64,000 nucleotides of DNA from Felis catus. Lineage: Eukaryota. This document shows positions 1 through 12,876 of the stretch, piece by piece (the stretch's first letter is position 1; each line of letters begins with the position of its first letter). The notes under the pieces were generated by a model. That model made no database searches, was not told where the DNA came from, and saw nothing but the letters and a program-made list of their open reading frames with translations. The translations under genes were made by a program, and so were the position numbers. The DNA lies in assembly GCF_018350175.1 (NCBI RefSeq), contig NC_058383.1:26724001-26788000 (forward strand), given 5' to 3'.

Positions 1-19
1 ACCTAGGTGCCCCTACATT

Positions 20-870
20 TACTTTTTAACTTGCAAGTTTTATGAAACCTGAAAATGCATCAAGTATTTCCAATGAAAATTTAACATCTGAATTGAGATG
101 TGTTGCCTATGGAAAGTACACAGTGGGTTAAGAAAAAAATGAATATAAAATATCTCAATAATAATTATAAAATATTGATTACATGTTAAAATGATAATTA
201 AAATAATTAATAATAATAATAATTAAAATATACTTAACTTCTTATGTATCTTTTTAGAATAACAGCTTAATTGATATATAATTCATATATAATTCACCAT
301 TTGGAGTGTACAATCTGATTTTTAGTATATTCACAGTTGTGTAACCATCACTACAATCAATTCTAGAACAGTTCCATCCCTAAAATGAAACCCCCAAGCC
401 CATTAATAATCGCTCATCGTTGTCCCCAACCCTCCTGGCCCTAGGAGACCACTAACCCACTTTCTATCTTTATGGATTGGTCTTTTCTGGATATGTCATA
501 TAAATGGCATCATATGATATGTAGTCTTGTGTGTGGTTTCTTTCACTTAACATAATGTTTTCAAGGTTCATCTGCATTGTAGCATGGATCAGTACTCCAT
601 TCCTTTTTGTTGTGGAATAATATTCTATTATGTACTACAGTTTGTTGATGGACATTTGGTTTGTTTTCACTTTTTGGCTCTAGTGAATGATGCTGATAGA
701 ACATTTGTATACATGTTTTGTGTGGACCATGATTTGATTTCTCCTGGGTATATATGGAGGAGCGGAATTGCTGAGTTGTTTTTTTTTTTTTTTTTTTTTT
801 TTACTTTATTGGTTGCAAGACAATTTAAAATTACAATTGTGGCTTGCATTATTTCTTTTGCACAGTGCTG
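20..870. mobile_element. MER33/Charlie1-like hAT DNA transposon split by an L1 fragment
   Basis: aatgaaaatttaacatctgaattgagatgtg...tattgattacatgttaaaatgataat; resumes at ~800 and ends cacagtgctg at ~869. Confidence 0.7.
252..780 (-). mobile_element. L1M 3' end fragment
   Basis: ttcacagttgtgtaaccatcactacaatcaattctagaaca; gttgatggacatttggttg. Confidence 0.85.
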
Positions 871-1799
871 GTCTAACCACATCAAATTTCCTCAGGAGAC
901 CCCATTCTGCTGAGTAAAGGGAAAATATTTAAATTTGCCAATTAGAAGTATCTGTCTCTTCCAGTTTCAAAAAGTTTTTTTTTTTTTTTCTACGTAAAAC
1001 AATCTTTTTCCGGTAAATATTCAGCTGGTTTAAAAATCCATTTCCCTTTTGGGACCATTTCTCTTTCTTGTCCTACCTGCTTCCAAAGATGGTATTCCAG
1101 AGAGAGCTTGGGGAGAGGCCAGTGTTCCCACTTTCTCCTTGGGGTCTTCATTAGTGCTGGGAAGTATGGTTGATTTGGTCTTGGCCCTGGGGATCTGGCA
1201 GGCTTGTCCATGAGGAGTGGTGGAAGAAGCCTCCAGGAGGAGAAGTGTCCGGCCTCTGCTTAACTCAGTGTGTCTCTTGCCATTTACCCTTAGCTCTGGT
1301 GCCTCCATGTTGACTCAGGGACAAGTCATGAGGTTTCTCCAGCCAACTCCCTGCCTACATGCCTCCCTTAGACCTTTCCAAACTCATGCAACTCTAGCAC
1401 CATGCTAAAATGGAAAACTGTTCTAGGGGATGAGAATGTTCTCAAAATAATACACCTGAGAGGTCAGAAGCAAGTCTTCCTGTGCTGGTGATTCCCCAGA
1501 ATTATCTGGACATTTCCATCTCTTCTTCCTTTCCATTCCAAGGAAGAAGCCAGGTGATTTCACTGGATTTGGCAAGATTCTTGGAGACCTGGATTTTAAA
1601 AATTATAAATAATGTGTTTTTAGTTATCCAGGTATATACATTGTTGCATATGTAATAAGCACAATCAGCAAACTGTACACTTAATATGGGTGCATTTTAT
1701 TCTATACAAATTGTGTCTCACTAAAATTGAGTTAAGGAGAGAACAAGTCAGATTTATATACGTTACACTAGGAAGATATTTATGATACAGCATTGCGAT

Positions 1800-2013
1800 A
1801 TATTTTATTTATTTATTTTTAATGTTTATTTTTGAGTGAGAAAGAGACAGAGAGTGAGTGGGGGAGGGGCAGAGAGAGAAACACAGAATCCGAAGCAGGC
1901 TCCAGGCTCTAAGCCGTCAGCACAGAGCCTGATGCGGGACTTGAACCCATAAACCGTCAGATCATGAACTGAGCTGAAGTCTGATGCTTAACTGACTGAG
2001 CCACACAGGCACC
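1800..2013 (-). mobile_element. Feliform CAN-SINE
   Basis: T-rich tail, (GA)n, gcaggctccaggctct, ends aggcaccc. Confidence 0.9.
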
Positions 2014-2071
2014 CTGATTTTTGCATGAACAGAGCGAGTTGCAGAGCAGTGAGTAAAGATAACATTTTTGT

Positions 2072-2295
2072 GAGGCTCCTGGGTGGCTCAGTTGGTTCAG
2101 TTGGATCATGGCTCAGGTCATGATCTCACAGTTCGTGGCTTCAAGCCCCGCATCAGGCTCTATGCTGACAGCTCAGAGCCTGGAGCCTGCTTAGGATTGT
2201 GTCTCCTTCTCTCTCTGCCCTTCCCCCACTCATGCTCTGTCTGTCTCTCTCTCAAAAACAATAAATAAACATTAAAAAATATTTAAAGTAAAAAA
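2072..2295 (+). mobile_element. Feliform CAN-SINE
   Basis: cctgggtggctcagttgg...aataaacattaaaaaa; TSD aaagataacattttttgt-like. Confidence 0.9.
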
Positions 2296-2946
2296 AGATA
2301 ACATTTTTGTAGTTAAAAAAGGGGGAAAGCCATATACTTTTTATATTTCTAATATAAACACAGAAAGATTGTGGAAAATAACACAACCTGCTTCCTCAGG
2401 AAGGGATTGGCTGGAGGGCAGAGGTGGGAGAAGGGTATTATGTTTTGCTTTGTGCTTCTCTCTACTGTTTGACTAGTCCTAACGAGCATACCGGATAAAT
2501 GTTATTTTTTGATTAAAAAACACAATGGAGAGAAAATAATAACCATGATGATAGCAACAACAAGAAAAGACTCCGGTTAACCTTGATAATTGTTGCTTGG
2601 TTCTAGACAAAGTTACCACAGGGTGTTTCATTGAAAAAAATCCTGTCCAAATTTTTATTCTGCTTTGAAATCTTTGTGTTTCGACTAGTTACTTCTGGTG
2701 TGTCCTCTCATTGCACCTTGAACACTCATTTTTTAATAGCCTTTATCCAGCTGTCTGTTTTTAAAGGAAACTTCAGACTTTATCTGGATTTCCCGAGTTT
2801 TTCCACTAATGTCCAGGATCCCATGCAGGATGCCACATTGCATTTCTTTTATTTTTTCCCCAGATTTATTGAGATAACATTGATATATAATATTATAAAA
2901 GTTTAAGGTGTACAACGAATGACTTGAAAGGCATATATATTGTGAT

Positions 2947-3169
2947 GGGGCGCCTAGGTGGCGCAGTTGGTTAAGCGTCCGACTTCAGCCAGGTCACGAT
3001 CTCGCGGTCCGTGAGTTCGAGCCCTGCGTGGGGCTCTGGGCTGATGGCTCAGAGCCTGGAGCCTGCTTCCGATTCTGTGTTTCCCTCTCTCTCTGCCCCT
3101 CCCCCATTCATGCTCTGTCTCTCTCTGTCTCAAAAATAAATAAACATTAAAAAAAAATTAAAAAAAAAA
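2947..3169 (+). mobile_element. Young SINEC_Fc-like element
   Basis: gggctctgggctgatggctcagagcc; perfect 20-bp TSD gaaaggcatatatattgtga at 2926-2945 and 3170-3189. Confidence 0.95.
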
Positions 3170-3359
3170 GAAAGGCATATATATTGTGAAATGTTTACCA
3201 CAATAATGTTAGTTAATAGCCCCCTCACCTCACGTAATTACCAGGCAAGAACATTAAAACCCTACTCTGAAATTTCAATTACACAATACAGTATTGTCAA
3301 CTATAGTAAGTTAGATCCCCAGAACTCATGCCCCTTATAACAGAAAGTTTAGGTCCATA

Positions 3360-3570
3360 GGGGCGCCTGGGTGGCTCAGTTGGTTAAGCGTCCAACTTCA
3401 GCCCGGGTCATGATCTCATGGTTTGTGGGATCGAGTCCCACGTTGGGCTCTGTGCTGACAGCTCAGAGCCTGGAGCCTGCTTCAGATTCTGTGTCTCCCT
3501 CTCTCTCTGCCCCTCCCCTGCTTGCACTCTGTCTCTCTCTCTCTGTCAAAAATAAAACATTAAAAAAATT
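3360..3570 (+). mobile_element. Feliform CAN-SINE
   Basis: ggggcgcctgggtggctcagttggttaagcg; TSD agaaagttta(g/t)gtcc. Confidence 0.92.
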
Positions 3571-3571
3571 T

Positions 3572-3582
3572 TTATTTTATAT

Positions 3583-3635
<53 letters not shown>

Positions 3636-3840
3636 AATATTTATCTTTATTTTTGAGACAGAGAGAAACAGAGCATGAGCAGGGGAGGGGCAGAGAGATT
3701 GGGAGACACAGACTCTAAAGCAGGCTACAGGCTCTGAGCTGTCAGCACAGAGCCCGATGTGGGGCTCAAACTTGTCAACTTCGAGATCATGACCTGAGCT
3801 GAAGTTGGATGCTCAACCGACTGAGCCACCCAGGCGCCCC
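3572..3840 (-). mobile_element. Feliform CAN-SINE with (ATTT)n tail, inserted in tail of preceding SINE
   Basis: ends gagccacccaggcgcccc. Confidence 0.92.
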
Positions 3841-4924
3841 GAATTTTTTTTTAAAAGAAAGTTTATGTCCTTTGACCAACATCTCCCCCTCTCCCTCCTT
3901 CCCCGGCTCCTGGCAACCACCATTCTACTCTCTGTTTTTATTAGTTCAATGTTTTTATATCCCATGTGTGAGATCATACAGTATTTGCCTTTGTCTGACT
4001 TATTTTACCTAGCCACTCATGCTCAAGTTCCATCCATGCTGTCACAAATGGTAGGACTTCCTCCTTTTTAGTGGCTGAATAATATTCCACACTATGTAGG
4101 TACCATATTTTCTATGTCCATTCATCCACTGATGGACACTGAGGTTATTCCCACCACATTGCATTTAGTCCTCATACATTCTTAGTTTCCTCCAGACTGT
4201 GACAGTTTCTCATTCTTTCCTTGGCTCTTAATGAACTTGATGGTTTTGAGGACTGATTAGGTATTTTGTCAATGTGTCTCACTTTGGGTTTATCTGAACC
4301 TTACCTCACACATTTTAGACTAAGTAATGGATTTATGGGAAGAACAGCCCGGAGGTATATGTCACCAATATGATTTATCAAGAGCGATGCTTCTCTTGAT
4401 CATGTAGTTAAGGTGGAGCCTCCCAGGTTCTGCACTGCATGGTTACCACGCTCTCTGTTCATACTCAAGCTGTTCTCCATGATTGTTAGAAGCCAGTTAC
4501 TAAGTCCAGCCACACTCCAGGGAGTGAAATTGGAGGTTGGGAGGGTGGGGATCTATAGATATTAGTTGGAATTCTTCTGTACACAAGATTTGAACCTTTC
4601 CCCTCCATGTGTTAATTTATTCAGCCATTTGTTTACACAAGCATGGACTCCTATATATTTATTTGGTACTTTGGGTTATAATCCAATCCTGCATTATTTA
4701 TTTTGTCGCTCACATTGTTCCAGCTTTGGCCACCGGGGGGCTCTTAAGGATGGGCTTCCCTTGAGCTGCCCCCTCCTTTTTGTGAGCACTTCCTTACTTT
4801 TTGTCGCTATTAAGATGCTCCAGGCTCATCTTGTATTTTCCCCACCCAGCCTCAGAATCAGCCATTTCTCTGAGGAGCCCTGGGTCCTTGTATAGGAAAA
4901 TAGTATTAAGAAACAAAGACCTGC

Positions 4925-5130
4925 TGGGCGCCTGGGTGGCTCAGTCGGTTGAGCATCCATCTTTGGCTCAGTTCATGGTCTCATGGTTTGTGGGTTTGAG
5001 CCCCTTGTTGGGCTCTGTGCTGACAGCTCAGAGCCTGGAGCTTGCTTCAGATTCTGTCTCTCTCTCTCTCTCTCTCAAAAATAAATAAACATTAAAAAAA
5101 TTAACAAAGAAAAAAACAGAATAAAGAAAA
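4925..5130 (+). mobile_element. Feliform CAN-SINE
   Basis: gggcgcctgggtggctcagtcggttgag, (CT)n, A tail. Confidence 0.9.
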
Positions 5131-6158
5131 TAATAAGACCGGTAGCTAGATGACAGACTTTATGTTTAGTGCTTTACTTGCCCATCCATTCTCCCCATTA
5201 GGCTCTAAGCCTCCCATTGGGTGGCAGTTTTGCTGACTTTCTCACCATATTATCTCCTATATCTAAAGTCTGTTATTTGTTGAATGAATGAAGTTTATCA
5301 GAATACATCTTCACTTTCTCTTTCATTCTTTCTCTATTGTCACTAAACTTACTTCCCTGTAATGCTGTCATACAGCTAGATCAAGAAAACATGTAATGTC
5401 TTAACTTTCTGTCACCAATTGACTGATATCCCATAGAATAAAGACATGTGTATGTAATGCATTCATTGAGTATGGACCACCACGCCTGCATTTTGCCAGC
5501 AGTCACACAAAGTCGATGCATATTTGCAATTCAAGGTCACTTCGTTTTATTCCTGGCCAGGGATTTGAAGAGGAAAGATACATTGTTTCTCTCTTTTGCA
5601 GCTCTTTTCTTTCCACTCATTTCCATATGTCAAAACTGGACTGGTGCCTCACATTGCCTTTCTGTCTCACTGTCTAAACCAAACTGTCTCTGAGTCCCCA
5701 GAGTGCCGCATTTATACTCAAGCCGTGCTATTTGCATTTTATTAGTTGTACTTACTCATATATGTCATGATGCTCCTAGAAGACTGTAAGTTGATTGCAG
5801 GCAGGGTCCATATCAGATTCAACTTCTTGCCTACAAACAACAGCAAGGAATCAGCTATTCAGAGGGAATTGGAAATTTTAAAAATCAATGCAATTTTTAA
5901 CCTGTGTTATCTATCATACTGTCTAATTGCTAAACTCCAGGAGGAAAAAACAAAAGCAAACAAATTAGTTGATTAAAAGGAATGGGAAACTATAAAAATT
6001 AAATTCTAGCTATAAAATTACAAGTGATCTCTATGCGGAAGGTAGCTAAAAACAAATCTAACATTACAATGAAATTCCTTTCTCATTCTTAACCCCTCAG
6101 ATTTTGTCAATAATAGTCAATAGCGTCTGGCACTGAAGAGGGTATGGTAAAAAAGTTT

Positions 6159-6173
6159 ATATATATATATATA

Positions 6174-6212
<39 letters not shown>
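6159..6212. repeat. (TA)n/(TG)n microsatellite
   Basis: direct inspection. Confidence 0.9.
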
Positions 6213-6214
<2 letters not shown>

Positions 6215-6249
6215 AAGTATACACATACACAGTCTGACCTAGAGTTAGA

Positions 6250-6480
6250 AAAGATAGACGTGTAAGAAAATTTATGACACTGTTGTTTGTAACAAGGAAA
6301 AATGAAACAAATTGGAAGTAACCTGAATGTCCATCAACAGCAAATGACTGGATAAAGTTTGGTATATCTATACTACGGAATGTTGTACAGCTGTTAAAAA
6401 CAGATGAGATCTTAGCTGTTTTCCTGGAGAGATGTCCATGGTGTGCTGTAAAGTGAGAAAAGGAAGGCATAGAGTGATGA
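6250..6480 (+). mobile_element. Old L1 fragment
   Basis: aattggaagtaacctgaatgtccatcaacag...tggataaa. Confidence 0.7.
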
Positions 6481-6632
6481 GGAGCAGAGCTCTTGCATGA
6501 ACAGCACCCACTGTGGGCCAGGATGGACAAGGAGACAAGTGCAGGAAGGGACCAGCCAGCTGGCTGGGGGCAGAGGTTCCAATTGCCCCACGGGGAGGCC
6601 AGGTAACCTCTCATGCAGGAAAGGACACACCT

Positions 6633-6992
6633 TGTATCTCAGCTTATTTGAGCTGCTAAAGGAGAATGCCATAAACTGGGTAGCTTGTAAACAATAGAAA
6701 TTTATTTCTCAAAGTTGTGGAGTCTGGGATGTGTAAGATCAAAGTGCTGGCAGATTTGGGGTCTGGTGAGCCTTCTTCCTGATTCATAGGTTGTAGTCCT
6801 CTTGTGTGTCCTCCCATGGTAGAATAGGGAAGGGGGGGTCTCTTTTATAAGGTCGCTAATCCTGTTTATGAGGGCTCCACCTTCATTTCATCATCACTTT
6901 CCAAAGGCCCCACTTCCAAATATCATCACCCTTGGAGGTTATGATTTCAACATATGAATTTGGGTGGGGACGTAATCATTCAGCCTAGTGCA
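6633..6992 (-). mobile_element. MLT1A-like solo LTR (MaLR)
   Basis: aaacaatagaaatttatttctc...agatcaaagtgctggcagattt...ttcaacatatgaatttgg. Confidence 0.8.
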
Positions 6993-7794
6993 CCTTGCAG
7001 TGGCCATCCATGATCCGTTAGTCTCATCAGTTCCCATATGAAGGTAACATTTATATCTGGTGTTTCAGAGGTCTTGGGTGTCATTTGGGGATTTCCCGGT
7101 GGGTTGCTGATGTCATCATGACATCTGGAATTTAGATGAGGGAGAACCAATTTATGTTGATTAACTTTTTGTTTGTGGTATTTGAAAATTCTGAGCTTTA
7201 TCTTTTAGAGAGGGGGGATTAAAAGGACGAGCATCAGCCTTCCCCTTTTTACTTAATGAGAAAGTGTTTTTAGAACATTTAAATGCCATTTATATCCATT
7301 CAGATGGACAACACGTGTCAGAAAAGGTGCTCACACCCACCAGTGTCATTATGTAAATGTAAATGTAAATGTACATTAAAGTAACAATTAAAGTTACTTT
7401 AATGTAAATTAAAGTAACAATAAGATGAATCTGGGGGCGGGGGGAGAACATGGATAAGATTTCTTATATCTACTACCGATGGGGAAGCAGGGAAAGGATT
7501 CCTGTCTTATATCATTGGCAAAGACAAGAATTCCTTCAGCTGTCTTGGCCACGTTTGTTCCAATTAAAATATGCGATTATTTAAAATCATTATATAACAT
7601 TTGATACACATAAAATAATATAGGTAATAACGCATGCAAATTATTTAAACAAAAAAGATAAAACAAGCATTTGTGAGCCCAAGAATTGGATCAGATCATC
7701 ACCAATACCACCAAAGTTCCCTGCAAGTCCCCCCTCCCCCCCACATCACCACAATCTTATCCTCTTGCTTTGTTCTATTAAAAGCAGTTAAAAA

Positions 7795-8260
7795 GAAATA
7801 TAGATATTCTTTGATCCAGCAGTCTCTCTCTTGGGACTTCATCTCATAGAAATAAAAAGCCCTAGTCCATGAGGACATTTGTAGAGAGGATATTTATTGC
7901 AGCATTGTTTGTAGTTGGAAAAGAGGGGACACATGCGAATGCTCATTAATGATTGAATAAATTACAGGACATCCACACCATAGAATTTTGTGCAGCCATT
8001 AAAAAACGATGAATTAGAGTAATACCAGATGCCTTGGAGGGATTTCCATGGCACATTGTACAAAGAGAAAACAGGAACCAGGAAAGTGTGTATGAAATAA
8101 CAAATGCCTGTGGATTATACAGAGTGTGTAAATACACATATTTGTGTGCGACTCTGAATATAGAGACAAATTTGGAAGAATGTGCCAGGTTGTCAAAAGG
8201 GATTACCAGAGAGAGGGAGAGTGGACTGGGGAGGTGAACAAAAGGGAAAGAAAAAAGAAA
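7795..8260 (+). mobile_element. Old L1ME-like fragment
   Basis: tttgatccagcagt...gatatttattgcagcattgtttgta. Confidence 0.65.
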
Positions 8261-8439
8261 AACTTCTATGGGCCTCAGTTGCTTCATCAGAGAAAAGGGA
8301 TAAAAATTCTCATCTTCTTTTTGTTCCATGGTTTATGTGAGGGCTTTGTGGGGTGACACAAATATGGGATGAACATTGGAAAATGCTTAAGGCTCTACCT
8401 AAATGTGTGATGGTGGGATTTATTATAAAGTGCAGATGA

Positions 8440-8620
8440 GGGGCGCCTGGGTGGCTCAGTTGGTTGAGCATCTGACTCTTGATTTTGGCTCAGGTCATGA
8501 TCTCATAGTTAGTGAGATTGAGCCCTGTGGGGGGTTCTGTGCTGAAAGCATGAAGCCTGCTCAGGAGTCTCTCTCTACCTCTCTCTCTCTGCCCCTCCCC
8601 TGTTTCTCTCTTTCTCCAAA

Positions 8621-8659
<39 letters not shown>

Positions 8660-8675
8660 ATAGAAACTTTAAAAA
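8440..8675 (+). mobile_element. CAN-SINE with (TAAA)n tail
   Basis: ggggcgcctgggtggctcag; TSD tgcagatga. Confidence 0.92.
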
Positions 8676-8939
8676 ATGCAGATGATATTTACAATGGTGA
8701 TGTGATTTTTAGCAAATAATTTTCTTGTTCGAGGCCTGATATGGTTTCATCTATCAGTCAGGGGTAATAACAACTAACCTAATTAATTGCTGGTGTCCTT
8801 CCAGGTGAACTATTAACATCATGCTGCCTGGATGCCTCTACCTGTGTATATTCGTGAATTCACAGTCATCAACCATGATCAAGTTCAGAGAATGTTTGCT
8901 AAATCATTCCCCTCTTTTGCATTTCACTCACACCACCTT

Positions 8940-9165
8940 TAATTTTTTTTTTGACATTTATTTATTTTTGAGAGACAGAGAGACAGAGCACAAGTCGGTG
9001 GGGGGGGGGGGTGGGCAGAGAGAGAATGAGACACAGAATCCAAAGCAGGTTCCAGGCTCTGAGCTGTCAGTACAGAGCCTGATGTGGGGCTCGAACTCAC
9101 AAACCGTGAGATCATGACCCAAGCCAAAGTCGGTTGCCCAACCAACTGAGCCATTTAGGCGCCCC
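8940..9165 (-). mobile_element. Feliform CAN-SINE
   Basis: TSD actcacacca(c/t)ctttaa. Confidence 0.92.
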
Positions 9166-9249
9166 ACTCACACCATCTTTAAAACAATGCTCTGGGGTCT
9201 ACCAACATTGGAGATGTATACTCTCTCAGGGCCACACCACCTTGGATTC

Positions 9250-9458
9250 TTTTATTTTTTATGTTTTTATTTATTTTTGAGACACAGAGCATGAGCATGG
9301 GAGGAGCAGAGAGAGAGAGGGAAACACAGAATCCGAAACAGGCTCCAGGCTCTGAGCTGTCAGCACAGAGCCCGACGCAGGGCTCAAACTCATGGACTGT
9401 GAGATCATGACCTGAGCTGAAGTCGAACGCTTAACCTACTGAGCCACCCAGGTGCCCC
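9250..9458 (-). mobile_element. Feliform CAN-SINE
   Basis: ends gagccacccaggtgcccc. Confidence 0.92.
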
Positions 9459-9514
9459 GGCTGTTTTTGATCATAATGAAATGGAGGTCCCCAGGCTGCA
9501 TGGACTATATGCAC

Positions 9515-9947
9515 TGTATTTGTTTGCTGGGGCTGCTATAACAAACTACTACAAACTGGTGGCCGAGAAACAATAGAAACTCATTCTCTCCTAGCTCTGG
9601 AGGCCAGAAGTCCAAAGTCAAGGTGTTGGCAGGGCCATGCTCCCTCTGAAGGCTTTAGGTGAGGATCCTTTCTCTTCTTAGCTTGTGGTGGTTGCTGGCA
9701 GCCCTTGACTTGGATGCATCACTTCAGTCTCTACCTCCACTGTCACATGGCTTTGTTTTCCCTCTGTGTCTCTGTGTCCAAATCTCCTATAAGGACACCA
9801 GCCATTGGATTTAGGTCCCACCATCCTCCATAATGACTTCATCTTAATTTAACCAATTACATGTGCAAAGACCCTAGTTCCAAACAGGGTCATGTTGTCC
9901 ATTTCTGGGAGGAGATGAATTTGGGGGGACACTATTCAACCCAGTAC
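9515..9947 (-). mobile_element. MLT1B/C-like solo LTR
   Basis: tctggaggccagaagtccaaagtcaaggtgttggcagggccatgctccctctgaagg...ggggacactattcaaccc. Confidence 0.85.
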
Positions 9948-10634
9948 AGACACAAGATGGGGTTTTACTCTCTCTTTATCCCCTGCTTCCTGTCTTCTGC
10001 CTGAAGGTGAGGTTCTCATGGAGTCCTAGAGATGGCATTGCCCCCTCTGAGATAAATCTCAGTGGGTTTTACCAGAGATCTGTAGCTGAGTCCCTTGAGC
10101 ATGACCAGTTGTGTGGGGTGGGGTGGAATGTTCTGGAAACTTTTACTCTTGCCCTTGGTCAGAAATTATGGACCTTTGGCAACCTCCAGTCACCCTTTAT
10201 GTTGACCTTATTTGGTACTCTGATGAGCAAGATTTTCCTTAATGTTTACAGAAATGTGAAAGACAAACAGGCATGAATTCCAAAACTATAAGAGACTTTG
10301 GGCGCAAAGAACCTTTAGGCACAGCACAGTGCCTAAATTAAGCAAATTGAATTAAGCAAATTCAAATTTTCAGCCAGTGACCTGCAGACAGTGCACATTC
10401 TTCGCTCACCGTTTGTTTCATGGAAGTGGCTTACATACCACAATGGTCTGGCCCAGAACCAGTGTCTGTTGGTCTCGTTTCCTTCCCACCAGATGGAGGA
10501 CAGTTACCTGTTAAGACCTTTGGAGATACGCTCAAGGCTCTTCTCTAAGAAAGTGAGGCTTCACAATGAAAAACTCAAGGAAAGGTCTTTAAAATTGTGC
10601 CAAACATATCAATAATTATGACAGAACTATTTAA

Positions 10635-11060
10635 AAAAATATTTTGTGGTAGAGTGTACATAACATAAAATTTAACACTTGAACCATTCCAAAGTATATA
10701 ATCCTATGACATTTAGTACATTCACGATGTCATGCAACAACCACCTCTATCTTGTTCCAGAATGTTCTCATCACCCCAAAGAAAACCTAGTGCCTATTAA
10801 GCAGTCCTTCCCTATTTTCCTCTTCCCCAACTCTTGGCAACTACTAATATTCTCTGTGTATCTATGGATTTGTTTATTCTGGACATTTTGTATAAATGGA
10901 ATTGAACATGTGACATTTTGTGTCTGGCTTCTTTCTCCTTAGCATGTTTTCAAGGTTCATCCACATTGTAGTATGTAACAGCATATCATTCCTTTTTATG
11001 GCTGAAAAACATTCCATTGTATGAGTATACTACATTTTATTTATCCATTTGTCAGTTGGA
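10635..11060 (-). mobile_element. L1MB-like 3' end
   Basis: catttagtacattcac...tcatcaccccaaaagaaaacc. Confidence 0.85.
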
Positions 11061-11109
11061 CAAGCCTGTTTTTAAGCTTCTCTTATCCAATGGGTAAGCA
11101 GTATTTAAC

Positions 11110-11500
11110 ACATTTTTATTTTGGAATAATTTTTGATTTACAGAAATTTATAAAGTTAGTATAGTGAGTTCCCATATACTGTCCACCTCCCTACACTGAC
11201 ATCACCAAAATACATTTGTTAAAACTCAGAAACAGACACTGACACATTGCTGTTAACTGAATTCCAAATTTGATTTGGATTTCACTAATTTTTTCTGTTA
11301 AAGCTCTCTTTCTGTCCAGGATCTGATCCAGGGTACCACATTGCATTTAACTGTCATGAATCCTGTCACCTATGGTCTGTGACAGTTTTTCACTCTTTCT
11401 TTTTTATGACAGTGACAGTCTTGAGTCTATAGGACAGGTATCCTGTAGAAAGTTCCCCAGCCTGACTTTACCAGATGATTTTTTTCATGATTACATTGGG
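11110..11500 (-). mobile_element. L1MC-like fragment
   Basis: tccaggatctgatccagggtaccacattgcatttaactgtcatg. Confidence 0.65.
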
Positions 11501-12554
11501 GGTTTGTTTTTTGTGCACATTATGCAGACATCTCCCCTGGGAATAATTTTGCCTATAAAGATGTCATCCCATAGGACTTGAAAGAGGGCATTCACTTGTC
11601 TTTTTCTTCTTTATATAAATAATTGCAAGCGCTGTACAATCTACTCCCCATAGGCTCTGCAGGGAATTAGGTCCCCATTTTATAGGTGAGGCAGCAGGAG
11701 TCTTGTGAGTGGCAGAGAGGAGATTCCAATCCAGATGCCAATGCCATGATCTGTCCAGAACTCCATGTTGCACGTTGCTGACGGGCTGCTAACTAATTGG
11801 TTTGTCCAAGGGCATGTTCAACTGTGCCCTCAGTTCCCCTTTGGAGGAATTTCAATATCACCTAATTAGGTAACATGGTAACTGGGCAACCATTACTTAT
11901 AATAGACGTGGGGTTGTAAATTATTCTATTTAATTAAGAACTGCACGTTTCCTATTAAAGAAAAGCTTATCATAGGTTAGTAAATTTATTGGAAACACTT
12001 AACTTTAGCTAATTAAGCTGTTTGAACTCAAGGCAAGGGCATTCATTAATAGTCAAGCCCAAGCAGTTAAGGGCAATTAGTGAAACAGCTGGTCTTTATC
12101 TCACTGATAAAGGACGGTTAATAGAGATCTTTACAGCTGTTATAAACTCCCCCAAAGCAATATCCTCTTCAAAAGTTTGCATTAGTAGAGAATACAGAAG
12201 AGGAAACTCAATTTAAAAGAACCGAATTGGTGGCAATCTTAATCTCTAGCCCCAAATTGAGGGCCAAAGGAAAGTGGAATCCACCAACCTTGGCCTCATT
12301 CCCAACCTCTCCATTTTCTGGGCAGAGTCTGACCCTTCAGTCAGCATCATTGTTCTAGTTCCCACTGAAAAATCGTGGCTGCTGAGGAGCAAATAACAAG
12401 GATTGGTCATCTAGAGATGCAGGGATTATATTTTCTGACAGGAAATGGAGGAATGTGGTGTGAAGAAGTGTTTTTTTTCTGATCTGTGGATGTCTTCATG
12501 TGGAAGGTCTCACAGAGTTCTCTCTTTAAAATGATATTGGCTTTTAGAGGCTAT

Positions 12555-12772
12555 ATTGTCTGGGTGGCCCAGTTGGTTGAGTGTCCAACTCTTGATTTTG
12601 GCTCAAGTCATGATCTCAAGGTTTGTGAGATTGAGCCCCATGTTGGGCTCAGCAGTGCTGGTAGTGCAGAGTTGGCTTGGGATTCTCTCTCTCTTCTCTC
12701 TGCCCCTCCCCCAAGTGTGCATTCATGTGGTCATTCTCTCTCTCTCTCTCTCTCTCAAAATATTTTTAAAAA
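12555..12772 (+). mobile_element. CAN-SINE
   Basis: ctgggtggcccagttggttgag; TSD aaaatgatattggctt. Confidence 0.88.
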
Positions 12773-12797
12773 ATGATATTGGCTTAAAATTCTTTTA

Positions 12798-12822
12798 TTT
12801 TTATTGTTTTTTAATGTTTATT

Positions 12823-12876
<54 letters not shown>

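Larger units (their letters stand above)
2846..4153 (-). mobile_element. L1 3' end containing three SINEs
   Basis: TSD ccacattgcattt at 2833-2845 and 4154-4166; typical L1 3'UTR reverse text. Confidence 0.8.
2770..4915 (-). mobile_element. Old L1MC-like 3' region split by a younger L1
   Basis: ccactaatgtcc...gccacattgcattt continues at 4154 with gtttcctccagactgtgacagtttctc. Confidence 0.65.

Noticed and set aside
3371..3718. Recurring ORFs with GAWVAQ/SAQVMIS/LEPASDSVS peptides throughout the window
   Set aside because: Translations of CAN-SINE copies, not a protein family
6117..6614. 165-aa minus-strand ORF
   Set aside because: Runs through an L1 fragment and a (TG)n microsatellite
10486..10499. 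CTCF-like motif ccaccagatggagg
   Set aside because: Single imperfect match lacking the conserved GGC; cannot be supported from sequence alone
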